Virus record (IMG/VR): IMGVR_UViG_3300028027_000001
Strand: one strand, 5' to 3'
DNA from: a virus
DNA length: 64,000 bases
Part shown: piece by piece, positions 50,539 through 57,910 of the stretch
Layout of the letters: every line of letters starts with the position of its first letter
Numbering within the stretch: the first letter of the stretch is position 1
Program-made: the position numbers and the translations under genes
Notes under the pieces: model-generated
Seen by the model: only the letters and a program-made list of their open reading frames with translations
What the model was told of the DNA's origin: nothing
The model's database searches: none

Positions 50539-50617
50539 TAGTCAGATTAGGACTCGAACCTAAATTAAGATGCCTATTGGACTCATACTTCTCCTATTCC
50601 AATTAGAGGATCTGACT
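50539..50617 (-). ncRNA. tRNA-like element F (79 nt; irregular anticodon arm)
   Basis: AGTCAGA/TCTGACT acceptor, CTC/GAG D-stem with GG, TTAGG-TTCGAGT-CCTAA T-arm, A73. Confidence 0.7.
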
Positions 50618-50782
50618 ATAAAAAACAGGAAGCACCTGTTCAGATCTTGGACACTAGTATACTTATCCTCCTGTTTCGCCACCCATGCCTTTGGGTCAAT
50701 CTGTTTTGTAGTTTTATGTTTTCACATCTACATGACTTTAACTACAAAAGTACGCGTAGTAATTTAATTCCCCACGCGGAAT

Positions 50783-50859
50783 GAGGTTGAGAGCCTCTGT
50801 GTTGTAATATATCAATTTAACATTCTTAATATTTATTCACTTCTCACATGAACAACACA
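50783..50859 (-). ncRNA. kissing-loop RNA motif copy 1
   Basis: TGTGTTGT/ACAACACA stem, TGAGAA loop, terminal GAGG-CTCTCAA-CCTC hairpin. Confidence 0.6.
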
Positions 50860-50946
50860 TATAACCAGTCGCTCGCTTTAGAGTCAGCCACCCACTAATG
50901 GATCGCACAGGAATCTAATTTCTCACACCTGTACTGATTATTATTT

Positions 50947-51040
50947 GAGGTTGAGAACCACTGTGTTGTGAGTAAGATTCTTACTTTTCAGTATGTTTCT
51001 CTCCTTTACCTTCTTACGCCTTTCTCAAGGGAACAACACA
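50947..51040 (-). ncRNA. kissing-loop RNA motif copy 2
   Basis: TGTGTTGT/ACAACACA stem, TTGAGAA loop, terminal GTGG-TTCTCAA-CCTC hairpin. Confidence 0.6.
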
Positions 51041-51067
51041 TTTCTTTTTATACCTAAATATACGAAT

Positions 51068-51295
51068 TTATTCTGTAATCTCCAAATTTTCTTCTTCAAT
51101 AATCTCAGCTTCTTGAACTGTTTCTACAAATAAATAATGTGTTTCATTTCGTAAAACATGATCAACAAATGGTAAATAGTCTCTCCATGCCTTAATTTTG
51201 TCGGCATCTAATTGACCGTCTTTATTAATAAAGAACGTGTGAGCAATGCGTCTTCTTACAAGATAACATCGATCATTGTGTTTGTATAGTTCCAT
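51068..51295 (-). CDS. hypothetical protein
   Basis: ORF in operon. Confidence 0.7.
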   Translation of the reverse strand: MELYKHNDRCYLVRRRIAHTFFINKDGQLDADKIKAWRDYLPFVDHVLRNETHYLFVETVQEAEIIEEENLEITE

Positions 51296-51297
51296 GT

Positions 51298-51555
51298 TTA
51301 AATCACGTTAATTTTAGTTACTTTATACTGTCTCATGTATCGATCAACAAACGACTTTCCAACACCTAAATCAATAACTTCATATTCGTTAGGAATCAGT
51401 GGTTTACGTTTTGATGAATCTAATACCTCATCTACAGTTACGTTTTGAAACGTAGATATAAATTGTCTTTTACCTTTTTTTAATACAACAACGGTTGTGA
51501 TTGGTTCTTCTGATGGGCGACCTTTACCCGATGTCTGTTGAGTGTATGGATTCAT
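51298..51555 (-). CDS. hypothetical protein
   Basis: Promoter plus leader; GKGRP motif. Confidence 0.7.
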   Translation of the reverse strand: MNPYTQQTSGKGRPSEEPITTVVVLKKGKRQFISTFQNVTVDEVLDSSKRKPLIPNEYEVIDLGVGKSFVDRYMRQYKVTKINVI

Positions 51556-51612
51556 AACCTTTATTATTTATTAATTTTATACCTGAAATATACGAATAGG
51601 ATATTTGGTTTC

Positions 51613-52659
51613 CTAGTCTTTGATAATCATCTTTTTAGAGTCGATTACTTTATTGTCAACTATTAATCGGTAATAGTAGATTCCTGCAGGTAAATGTTCT
51701 TTTTCAATTTCAATTTTGTTTTTTTCAGGGTCTAATTCATATTTTAAATTAAAATTAGCATAAGTAGAATACTTAATGTCAATGTATGATTTTGAATGTT
51801 TAGGGACAATATATTCAATTACTGTTGAGTATTTGAATGGGTTTGGGTAATTTTGACCTAGTTTAGGTACAACTGTATCCTGTTTGTCTAGTATGGATTG
51901 GTTAGGTTTTAAATAATCAACTAAAATGGATTTTGATTGAACACACCCATTTTTATCTGTTACATTTACCAAATAAGTTCCCGCTTTTATTGTTTTTAGG
52001 TTTTGTGTTTTAGCACCATTACTCCAAGAATATGAGTATGGTGGTGTACCATAATTAACACTTATTGATATTGAACCATTACTAGCTGTTTTAGTGTTCG
52101 GTTTAATAACAGTTTCATCAATTGTCATTGGTGTTAAAGTATCTATAACATAATGAAAACCAACAGTTTCCATAGTACATCCCTTAGAATCAACTACTCT
52201 AACCCTATATGCACCCGCTCCCACATTTCCAGTATTTGAAATGAATGGTTTATTGTTCCTATCAAAATAATAGAATGTATATGGAAACAACCCACCACTA
52301 ACAAAATTTTCCATATGAGATAAACCACCAGGACAAACTATTGGGGTAAATGTTGTTGTTAATCTAAGCTTAAGTGGTTGTGGAATTGAGTCAGAAACTG
52401 TTTTAACACATCCCTTGGTGTCTGTTACCTTAACCGTATATTTACCCGCCTTAGATTGCAGATTCTGCGCATTATACCCGTTAGACCACTCATATTTGTA
52501 TGGGCCTGTTCCACCATCTACTTTAGTTAGTAATATTTTCCCATCTCCACCAAAACAATTTGCTGATACTGGTTTGGCTGTTACAATCATTTTTGAACAA
52601 TCTTGAGTATAGGAAATGAAGGGGGTTAGAAAAATAGCAATTAAAGTAGATAGTTTCAT
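51613..52659 (-). CDS. secreted SprB-repeat protein with T9SS type A C-terminal sorting domain
   Basis: Sec signal peptide; three repeats C.G...G.I....GGT.PY.Y.WSNG.......AG.Y.V.VTD.KGC; C-terminal LGQNYPNPF...LPAGIYYYRL......KKMII. Confidence 0.9.
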   Translation of the reverse strand: MKLSTLIAIFLTPFISYTQDCSKMIVTAKPVSANCFGGDGKILLTKVDGGTGPYKYEWSNGYNAQNLQSKAGKYTVKVTDTKGCVKTVSDSIPQPLKLRLTTTFTPIVCPGGLSHMENFVSGGLFPYTFYYFDRNNKPFISNTGNVGAGAYRVRVVDSKGCTMETVGFHYVIDTLTPMTIDETVIKPNTKTASNGSISISVNYGTPPYSYSWSNGAKTQNLKTIKAGTYLVNVTDKNGCVQSKSILVDYLKPNQSILDKQDTVVPKLGQNYPNPFKYSTVIEYIVPKHSKSYIDIKYSTYANFNLKYELDPEKNKIEIEKEHLPAGIYYYRLIVDNKVIDSKKMIIKD

Positions 52660-52669
52660 GGGGTTTTAA

Positions 52670-52918
52670 TTATAAATATTTGTTTTGGTAGTAAGGGACA
52701 TATTTGTTTCTGACATCCAGTCCTTTTTTAATATCACAAAACTTTGAAGACTCGGTTAATACAAATGCATCCATTTCTTCATCACTAGCACATTCACATA
52801 TTATATCCAATTCACTTGGTGTAATGTTATACATTGTATACATAAGGCTGTCAATCAAATAAGTTATGCCTCCACCTCCTGGTGCTCCTTCACTTACTTC
52901 TTTTCTTAGTTTTTTCAT
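52670..52918 (-). CDS. hypothetical protein
   Basis: ORF in operon. Confidence 0.65.
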   Translation of the reverse strand: MKKLRKEVSEGAPGGGGITYLIDSLMYTMYNITPSELDIICECASDEEMDAFVLTESSKFCDIKKGLDVRNKYVPYYQNKYL

Positions 52919-52928
52919 AACTATTTAA

Positions 52929-53342
52929 TTAAAATGAATTTCTTCTATCGGTAATATCTTTTATTATTCCTAAATCAGGAAATATTACAGATACTGTTCT
53001 TCCAAACTCTTTATTTGGGGTGAATTGATATGTTATTTCTTTTATAGGACCATATAATAAATTAATTGCAGTCTTTAAGTCTTCTACTTTATCTGCTTCA
53101 TATGGGGTTAAAGCAAATTTATAGACTAAGTCTTGAACATGAGTAACTGAAAATTGGTTTTCAAATATAATTATTGCCTCTGACTCACATTCAATGTATG
53201 GTAATAGAAAACCTAAAAAATCATCATTGAATATTTCTTGTTGGTTAGGGATAATATTAATTTGAGCTCCTTTAATTACATCAAACACATACCAAGTATT
53301 TGTGTCTTTATTTTTTCTAATTGATCCTAAATACGTTCTCAT
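52929..53342 (-). CDS. hypothetical protein
   Basis: ORF in operon. Confidence 0.65.
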   Translation of the reverse strand: MRTYLGSIRKNKDTNTWYVFDVIKGAQINIIPNQQEIFNDDFLGFLLPYIECESEAIIIFENQFSVTHVQDLVYKFALTPYEADKVEDLKTAINLLYGPIKEITYQFTPNKEFGRTVSVIFPDLGIIKDITDRRNSF

Positions 53343-53343
53343 A

Positions 53344-53532
53344 TTATTTTTCAGTTATAATTAAATTTTTTATAAATGTATCGTCTTGGTCATGTAAATC
53401 CAATTCTAATCTACCTTCACCATTAGTATTCCATCTAATTATCCACCCATCGACCACAACTGAACCATCTTTTGGTTCGTTTGATACTTGGTTTGTTACT
53501 GTAAAATTAGGTAAATCACTCATATTAATCAA
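53344..53532 (-). CDS. hypothetical protein
   Basis: ORF in operon; start uncertain. Confidence 0.55.
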   Translation of the reverse strand: MINMSDLPNFTVTNQVSNEPKDGSVVVDGWIIRWNTNGEGRLELDLHDQDDTFIKNLIITEK

Positions 53533-53770
53533 GCATTATTCCATAACTAGTTAAAATCTCTCTAATCATCTCTCTGTAGCGTTCCGCTACTGAATCTTCT
53601 ACTGAGCATGCTTCTTTACCATGATTGATATGGGATTGAGCATATTTGGTAGTTTTTCTTAGTTCTTGATCTAAGTCCCACATAGCTAATTTCCACTTAT
53701 AACCATCAAGTGCTGTTCTAATATCATCTTGATCTTCTACAGCATCAAATTCTAATATAACCTTTGCCAT
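53525..53770 (-). CDS. hypothetical protein
   Basis: MAKV.LEFD...ALDG.KWK.AMW.LDQ.LR...KY; promoter upstream. Confidence 0.75.
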   Translation of the reverse strand: MAKVILEFDAVEDQDDIRTALDGYKWKLAMWDLDQELRKTTKYAQSHINHGKEACSVEDSVAERYREMIREILTSYGIMLD

Positions 53771-53806
53771 CTTATTTATTTTTTAATTATGCTTGAATAT
53801 ACGAAC

Positions 53807-54040
53807 TTATTTTTGATTTTCAAAATATAATTCAATTTCCTCATTGTGAGGTTTATTTAATTCTTCAAGTTTATCGGCGATCATCCTTAAACTAAATTCA
53901 TTCCAATAACCTTGTTGTTTCGACCAAAACACCCAAAATCCATCAACTTCAGTATAAAAGTACCCCAAATGTTGGGTATGGAAGTATACTTCGTAGCGAT
54001 ATTTGGATTCTGTGGATTGTAATTTTAGTTCTGGTTTCAT
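53807..54040 (-). CDS. hypothetical protein
   Basis: LG.F..EVDGF...G.W....LR.IADKL.ELN. Confidence 0.7.
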   Translation of the reverse strand: MKPELKLQSTESKYRYEVYFHTQHLGYFYTEVDGFWVFWSKQQGYWNEFSLRMIADKLEELNKPHNEEIELYFENQK

Positions 54041-54279
54041 TTAGTTACTGATTCTATTTTTTCAATGAGATATTTTTGTAATTCTTCAATTTCAATTTTA
54101 GTACTTGGTGTATTGAAACATTCAAATTGAACCCCATCAACTCTATCAGTCATTATTAATAAGTGATAATCATCTGATATGGGATCCTGATTAAGTTGGG
54201 ATTTTACGGAATTGATCATTTCCACATTTTCCTCAAACTCTGCTTGTTGTGGTAATCTAATTACAAATATTGGTTTCAT
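54037..54279 (-). CDS. hypothetical protein
   Basis: Coupled ORF. Confidence 0.65.
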   Translation of the reverse strand: MKPIFVIRLPQQAEFEENVEMINSVKSQLNQDPISDDYHLLIMTDRVDGVQFECFNTPSTKIEIEELQKYLIEKIESVTK

Positions 54280-54285
54280 ATTATT

Positions 54286-55332
54286 TCAATTTGATAATGG
54301 AATTTTAATGGTTGGGTGTGATTGATAATTTTCTAAAGTAAAATCACTAATAGAATATGTCGGTAAACAATCACCCACAGCCCATTTAACAATTTCACTT
54401 TCAATTTTTAAAGTTGGTAGTGGGTATGGTTCTCTATTTAATTGTTCTTTAATTGGTTCAATTTGATTTGAATAGATATGACAATCCCCCATATTAGCAA
54501 TTAGTTCATCCGGAATCATATTCACTTCTTTAGCGATTATTTCTAATAATAAGCCATAAGATGCTAGGTTGAATGGGGTGCCTAATGGAACATCTTGGCT
54601 TCGAGCATTATACATTAATGAGATTGCTCTTTTAGGAACAGTATCTCCATATATTTTAGGTTCACCTCTGTATAGGTATTTATTTGCCTCGTGTTTTGGG
54701 TCTTCAGCATTTCTAACCCAGTCTACGTTATCAATAACCCATTTCTGTCTTTCATCATCACTCAACTCTTTGGTGTAAAATTGAAAGCTATAGTGACATG
54801 GTCGTAAAATCATATTATCTAATTCACCAACATTCCAAGCTGAAACGATGATACCTCTATCGTCTGGGTTTGTTTTGAGTAGGTGGATTGCATTTGCTAT
54901 TTGGTCTATTATTTTTCCATTATATTGAATTGATCTCCAGCCGGCACCATAGATGGGACCTAGATTAAACATTGAATCATGGAAGGAATGACCCCCAGTT
55001 TTTACCTTTTGTTTAATTTCTTCAAGTGTGTATGGGGAGGAACATGAGTTTTTATATTTTTTAAACCAATCCCCGTCCCAAATAGAAATGTTATCTTTCC
55101 ATAAATGTCTAATATCTGTTGAACCATTAAGAAACCATAAAAGTTCACCAACAATACTTTTCCAGTGAAGTTTTTTCGTAGTCAATAATGGAAACCCGTC
55201 TGACATTTTATGTCTAATTTGTCTACCAAACACAGAAATTGTTCCAACTCCAGTCCTGTCTTGTTTTTTTACTCCATTATCTAAAATATCTTGAAGCAAT
55301 GCTTGGTATTGTTTATCTAAATTGTTTGCCAT
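54286..55332 (-). CDS. thyA: thymidylate synthase
   Basis: DRTGVGT, FPLLTTKK, ELLWF, LGPIYG, L.PCH, RSQD..LG.PFN..SY, GDCHIY.N. Confidence 0.97.
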   Translation of the reverse strand: MANNLDKQYQALLQDILDNGVKKQDRTGVGTISVFGRQIRHKMSDGFPLLTTKKLHWKSIVGELLWFLNGSTDIRHLWKDNISIWDGDWFKKYKNSCSSPYTLEEIKQKVKTGGHSFHDSMFNLGPIYGAGWRSIQYNGKIIDQIANAIHLLKTNPDDRGIIVSAWNVGELDNMILRPCHYSFQFYTKELSDDERQKWVIDNVDWVRNAEDPKHEANKYLYRGEPKIYGDTVPKRAISLMYNARSQDVPLGTPFNLASYGLLLEIIAKEVNMIPDELIANMGDCHIYSNQIEPIKEQLNREPYPLPTLKIESEIVKWAVGDCLPTYSISDFTLENYQSHPTIKIPLSN

Positions 55333-55362
55333 AACTTTTTTATTTGATTAAATATACGAATC

Positions 55363-55650
55363 CTATCGGCCTAGTACAATTCCTCTTTTAATATCATATT
55401 TGAATGGATCTGCCGGTCCTTTTCTAACAGCATTGTAATCTTCATGGTCACCATCCCACCAATCACCTCCATTCTCCTCACTATAAAAATCTCTACATAC
55501 TTCGATATGTTCAATTCTATCTTTAGTTACATCTCTAAATCCACTTTCATATCCTTGAACGTATACTTCTAAATTACCATCTAATGTCATTAAATGGTTG
55601 ATTAATTCGTTAATAGTCATAACCGAATAATTTATCATATGAATAATCAA
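55363..55650 (-). CDS. hypothetical protein
   Basis: MT..ELI..L...D....V.VQGYE.G; true start probably the internal Met. Confidence 0.65.
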   Translation of the reverse strand: MIIHMINYSVMTINELINHLMTLDGNLEVYVQGYESGFRDVTKDRIEHIEVCRDFYSEENGGDWWDGDHEDYNAVRKGPADPFKYDIKRGIVLGR

Positions 55651-55757
55651 TCACTTCACCCCATCTTAACCCAGTTGTTAAAAATAGGAATGCTGGGATA
55701 ACAAATGTTATTAATAATAAGCTCCACATTGTGGAGATTAATAAAAATAATAATCTT

Positions 55758-55952
55758 TTAGCTAATAGTTTCATCTTTTATTTCTTTTAAAAAAACACCA
55801 CAACCAAAGTCTTTGGTTTGGTTAATAATTCTGTGACTTAATGTCTTGTATTCTTTTTCTTTTAATAGGAACTGGAATTGTTCAAATTGAAATTCCTTTC
55901 CCTCACATACACATTCGTATGTTTTTCCTTCGAATTTAAACTGTAGTTTCAT
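55758..55952 (-). CDS. hypothetical protein
   Basis: Coupled ORF. Confidence 0.55.
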   Translation of the reverse strand: MKLQFKFEGKTYECVCEGKEFQFEQFQFLLKEKEYKTLSHRIINQTKDFGCGVFLKEIKDETIS

Positions 55953-56277
55953 CTATTTTGGTTAATGTGTAATTACTGTTTTTTGTTTTAAATACTACTT
56001 TATCAGGAGTAAATGAAATTAATTCGGTAATAGGTGTTGTTTGCCAAACATAATACTGGTTAAATGGGGACATAATCAATGATCTACCCACTGAGGGTTC
56101 TTTGTGTCTTGATTTAAATGTTGAATCATCATTCCACTCAATCCACGTAATATCAACGGATTTAACGATCATATTATCGTGTTCTCTAACAAGACACCAC
56201 TTTGGGTGATCCACCGTTATTCCAATCATACTAGCAAAGGTATCTAAGTCAAAGGATGTGTTTTCTATTTTACTCAT
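55936..56277 (-). CDS. hypothetical protein
   Basis: WQTT.ITE...FKT.NS.Y.L motif. Confidence 0.75.
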   Translation of the reverse strand: MSKIENTSFDLDTFASMIGITVDHPKWCLVREHDNMIVKSVDITWIEWNDDSTFKSRHKEPSVGRSLIMSPFNQYYVWQTTPITELISFTPDKVVFKTKNSNYTLTKIDETTV

Positions 56278-56578
56278 TTCTTATATTGTTTAATATATTC
56301 GTGTAATGATTTTAAATCAGTGCAAATTGGTAAACCGTTATCATCTGCTGTCAATCCCCATTTCCATAATTATTTTCATAGATGAACCAATTAATCCAAT
56401 CAATTCCTTCTACACTATAGTGACTTTTAAATGTTAATTGTAAAAGTTTATCTAAACCTTGCCATACCGGAAATTTTTCATTCTCTAAAAAGTCAAATCC
56501 CAAATTATACAACTCTTGGAATTGTTTAGTTGTTTGTTTATACTCTTTAATGATTTTTTTAAATTCTTTAAACTTCAT
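56274..56578 (-). pseudogene. frameshifted hypothetical gene (one base missing near the G4 run at 56356-56359)
   Basis: ORF stops at 56351 but the -1 frame continues LTADDNGLPICTDLKSLHEYIKQYKK to an ATGA overlap with the next gene. Confidence 0.6.
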
Positions 56579-56783
56579 AACTTTATATTTAATTTTTCTT
56601 CTGTTAGATCATCTAATAGTTCGTGGCAATTAAGGCATTTTGGGTCACAATTCATATCTAATACTTCTTTAATATCAAATTGATGCTGACACACGTGTTC
56701 TACTTTAAAATACTTTTTTACTCTCTTAATTACTCTTTTCATTATTTTTTTATTTATACTGGAATATACGAATGAGAATTTAA

Positions 56784-56993
56784 TTATCTCTGTCCTCTAA
56801 TTTGAGAGAGTATTTCTTCGTTGGTTTGGTAATCGTGTGATTCGATTTCTTCTCCAATTAAAGCATCAATTCTACCTAATTGGTATGCTTTCTGTTCGAG
56901 TGATGTGTTGAGGTGTTGAGGAAACACATCGTGTAAACTGTCGGTAAAACCCTTCATATACACTGCTAGTAGTTGTTCGTCGGTAATATTCAT
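56784..56993 (-). CDS. hypothetical protein
   Basis: Coupled ORF. Confidence 0.65.
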   Translation of the reverse strand: MNITDEQLLAVYMKGFTDSLHDVFPQHLNTSLEQKAYQLGRIDALIGEEIESHDYQTNEEILSQIRGQR

Positions 56994-56994
56994 T

Positions 56995-57528
56995 TTATTT
57001 ATTTTTAGTTAAAATTAAACAACCATTTTCATCAAGTTTATAACCTGAATTTGGTGCGTGTTCTTCAAAACCTCTAACTTCTGATTCTGTTAATTCAGAA
57101 CTGTATGGTAACATTTCAATCTCAACCTCTATTTCTGTTGGTTGTTGTAGCAGTAATTGTATAAATTCATCTACTGGTAATCTTGAAAGATAAATGTTTT
57201 CTGTTGACCTATCATATCCCCATACTATACCTTGTTTAAATTGCTCAAGTGTAAACAACTTATCTTTATTCAACTCCACGGCTTTGTTGAAACCTTTTAA
57301 ATAACCTATTCTAAAATAAGGGTCTTGTTTATACTTTTGACTATCCAATCTTAATGGGTCAGTATTGTTACATTCTTCTAAAGCTAATGCTCCAACATCT
57401 ATTATACCAAACATTTCATCACAGTTCTGTTTGGATAATCTTTTATAAGGAGATTCTTGGGTTGTAGCTATACAACTATCATCTTCGGCATATAACTTGT
57501 ATTCTTCACCAATTTTCTTTAATATCAT
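56995..57528 (-). CDS. early hypothetical protein
   Basis: Promoter plus leader. Confidence 0.75.
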   Translation of the reverse strand: MILKKIGEEYKLYAEDDSCIATTQESPYKRLSKQNCDEMFGIIDVGALALEECNNTDPLRLDSQKYKQDPYFRIGYLKGFNKAVELNKDKLFTLEQFKQGIVWGYDRSTENIYLSRLPVDEFIQLLLQQPTEIEVEIEMLPYSSELTESEVRGFEEHAPNSGYKLDENGCLILTKNK

Positions 57529-57585
57529 AACCTTTGTTTTAATTTATTAATATGCTTGAATATACGAAACCTATTTAAGAAAACA

Positions 57586-57605
57586 AAAGCCCCTGTTGGG
57601 GCTTT
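57586..57605 (-). terminator. intrinsic terminator
   Basis: AAAGCCCC-aaca-GGGGCTTT followed by a T-rich tract. Confidence 0.75.
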
Positions 57606-57609
57606 AAAA

Positions 57610-57909
57610 TTATTTTTTCTCTAATATAATTATTGCATCCCGTATCTGGGCGCACACCTCATACAGCTCATTTTCTTCAAATATGGAGAGATTTTGTTTT
57701 AAGGTAGATAAAAATTCTTTCCTATCCACAGTAATGTCATATATTGTTTGTTCTTGTTCAACCAACACCGACAAAGCATGTAAGTGGCGTTTACGTCCCT
57801 TTAGGTTAGATAAGATAGTAGTAACCAATGCTTCAGCAATTCGCACATCTCTCTTAGTAATCAATTCCTCGAATTCATCACTATTAAATACAATAATTTC
57901 ACTTGCCAT
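57610..57909 (-). CDS. hypothetical protein with UVR-like C-terminus (ELYEVCA.IRD)
   Basis: ORF; motif shared with 26428-26862. Confidence 0.7.
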   Translation of the reverse strand: MASEIIVFNSDEFEELITKRDVRIAEALVTTILSNLKGRKRHLHALSVLVEQEQTIYDITVDRKEFLSTLKQNLSIFEENELYEVCAQIRDAIIILEKK

Positions 57910-57910
57910 A

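Larger units (their letters stand above)
29300..57570 (-). promoter_or_regulatory. dispersed early promoter family, about 40 copies, sense consensus (T)AGGAC-spacer-TTCGTATATT(C/T)(A/C)AG
   Basis: + strand aatatacga at e.g. 29314, 29615, 29943, 30410, 30868, 31263, 31544, 31951, 32222, 32377, 33371, 33821, 35356, 36062, 36382, 36777, 37494, 39251, 40059, 40899, 41617, 42488, 45173, 45668, 49620, 51057, 51587, 53796, 55351, 56763, 57559, usually followed about 15-20 nt later by gtcct. Confidence 0.85.

Noticed and set aside
33087-50617. Calling the six elements ordinary tRNAs (e.g. Leu-TAG for C, from TTTAGAT at the loop's 3' end)
   Set aside because: None has a 7-nt anticodon loop on a 5-bp stem, so no anticodon can be assigned without evidence of splicing.
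50622-50706. Hammerhead-like CAGATTGA...CGAAAC
   Set aside because: The core deviates from CUGANGA, and stem II is not adjacent to GAAA.
29300-57570. CRISPR array or integron attC interpretation of the dispersed repeats
   Set aside because: Spacing is gene-sized and irregular, the repeats are not palindromic and sit at promoter position, and no cas or integrase gene is in the window.
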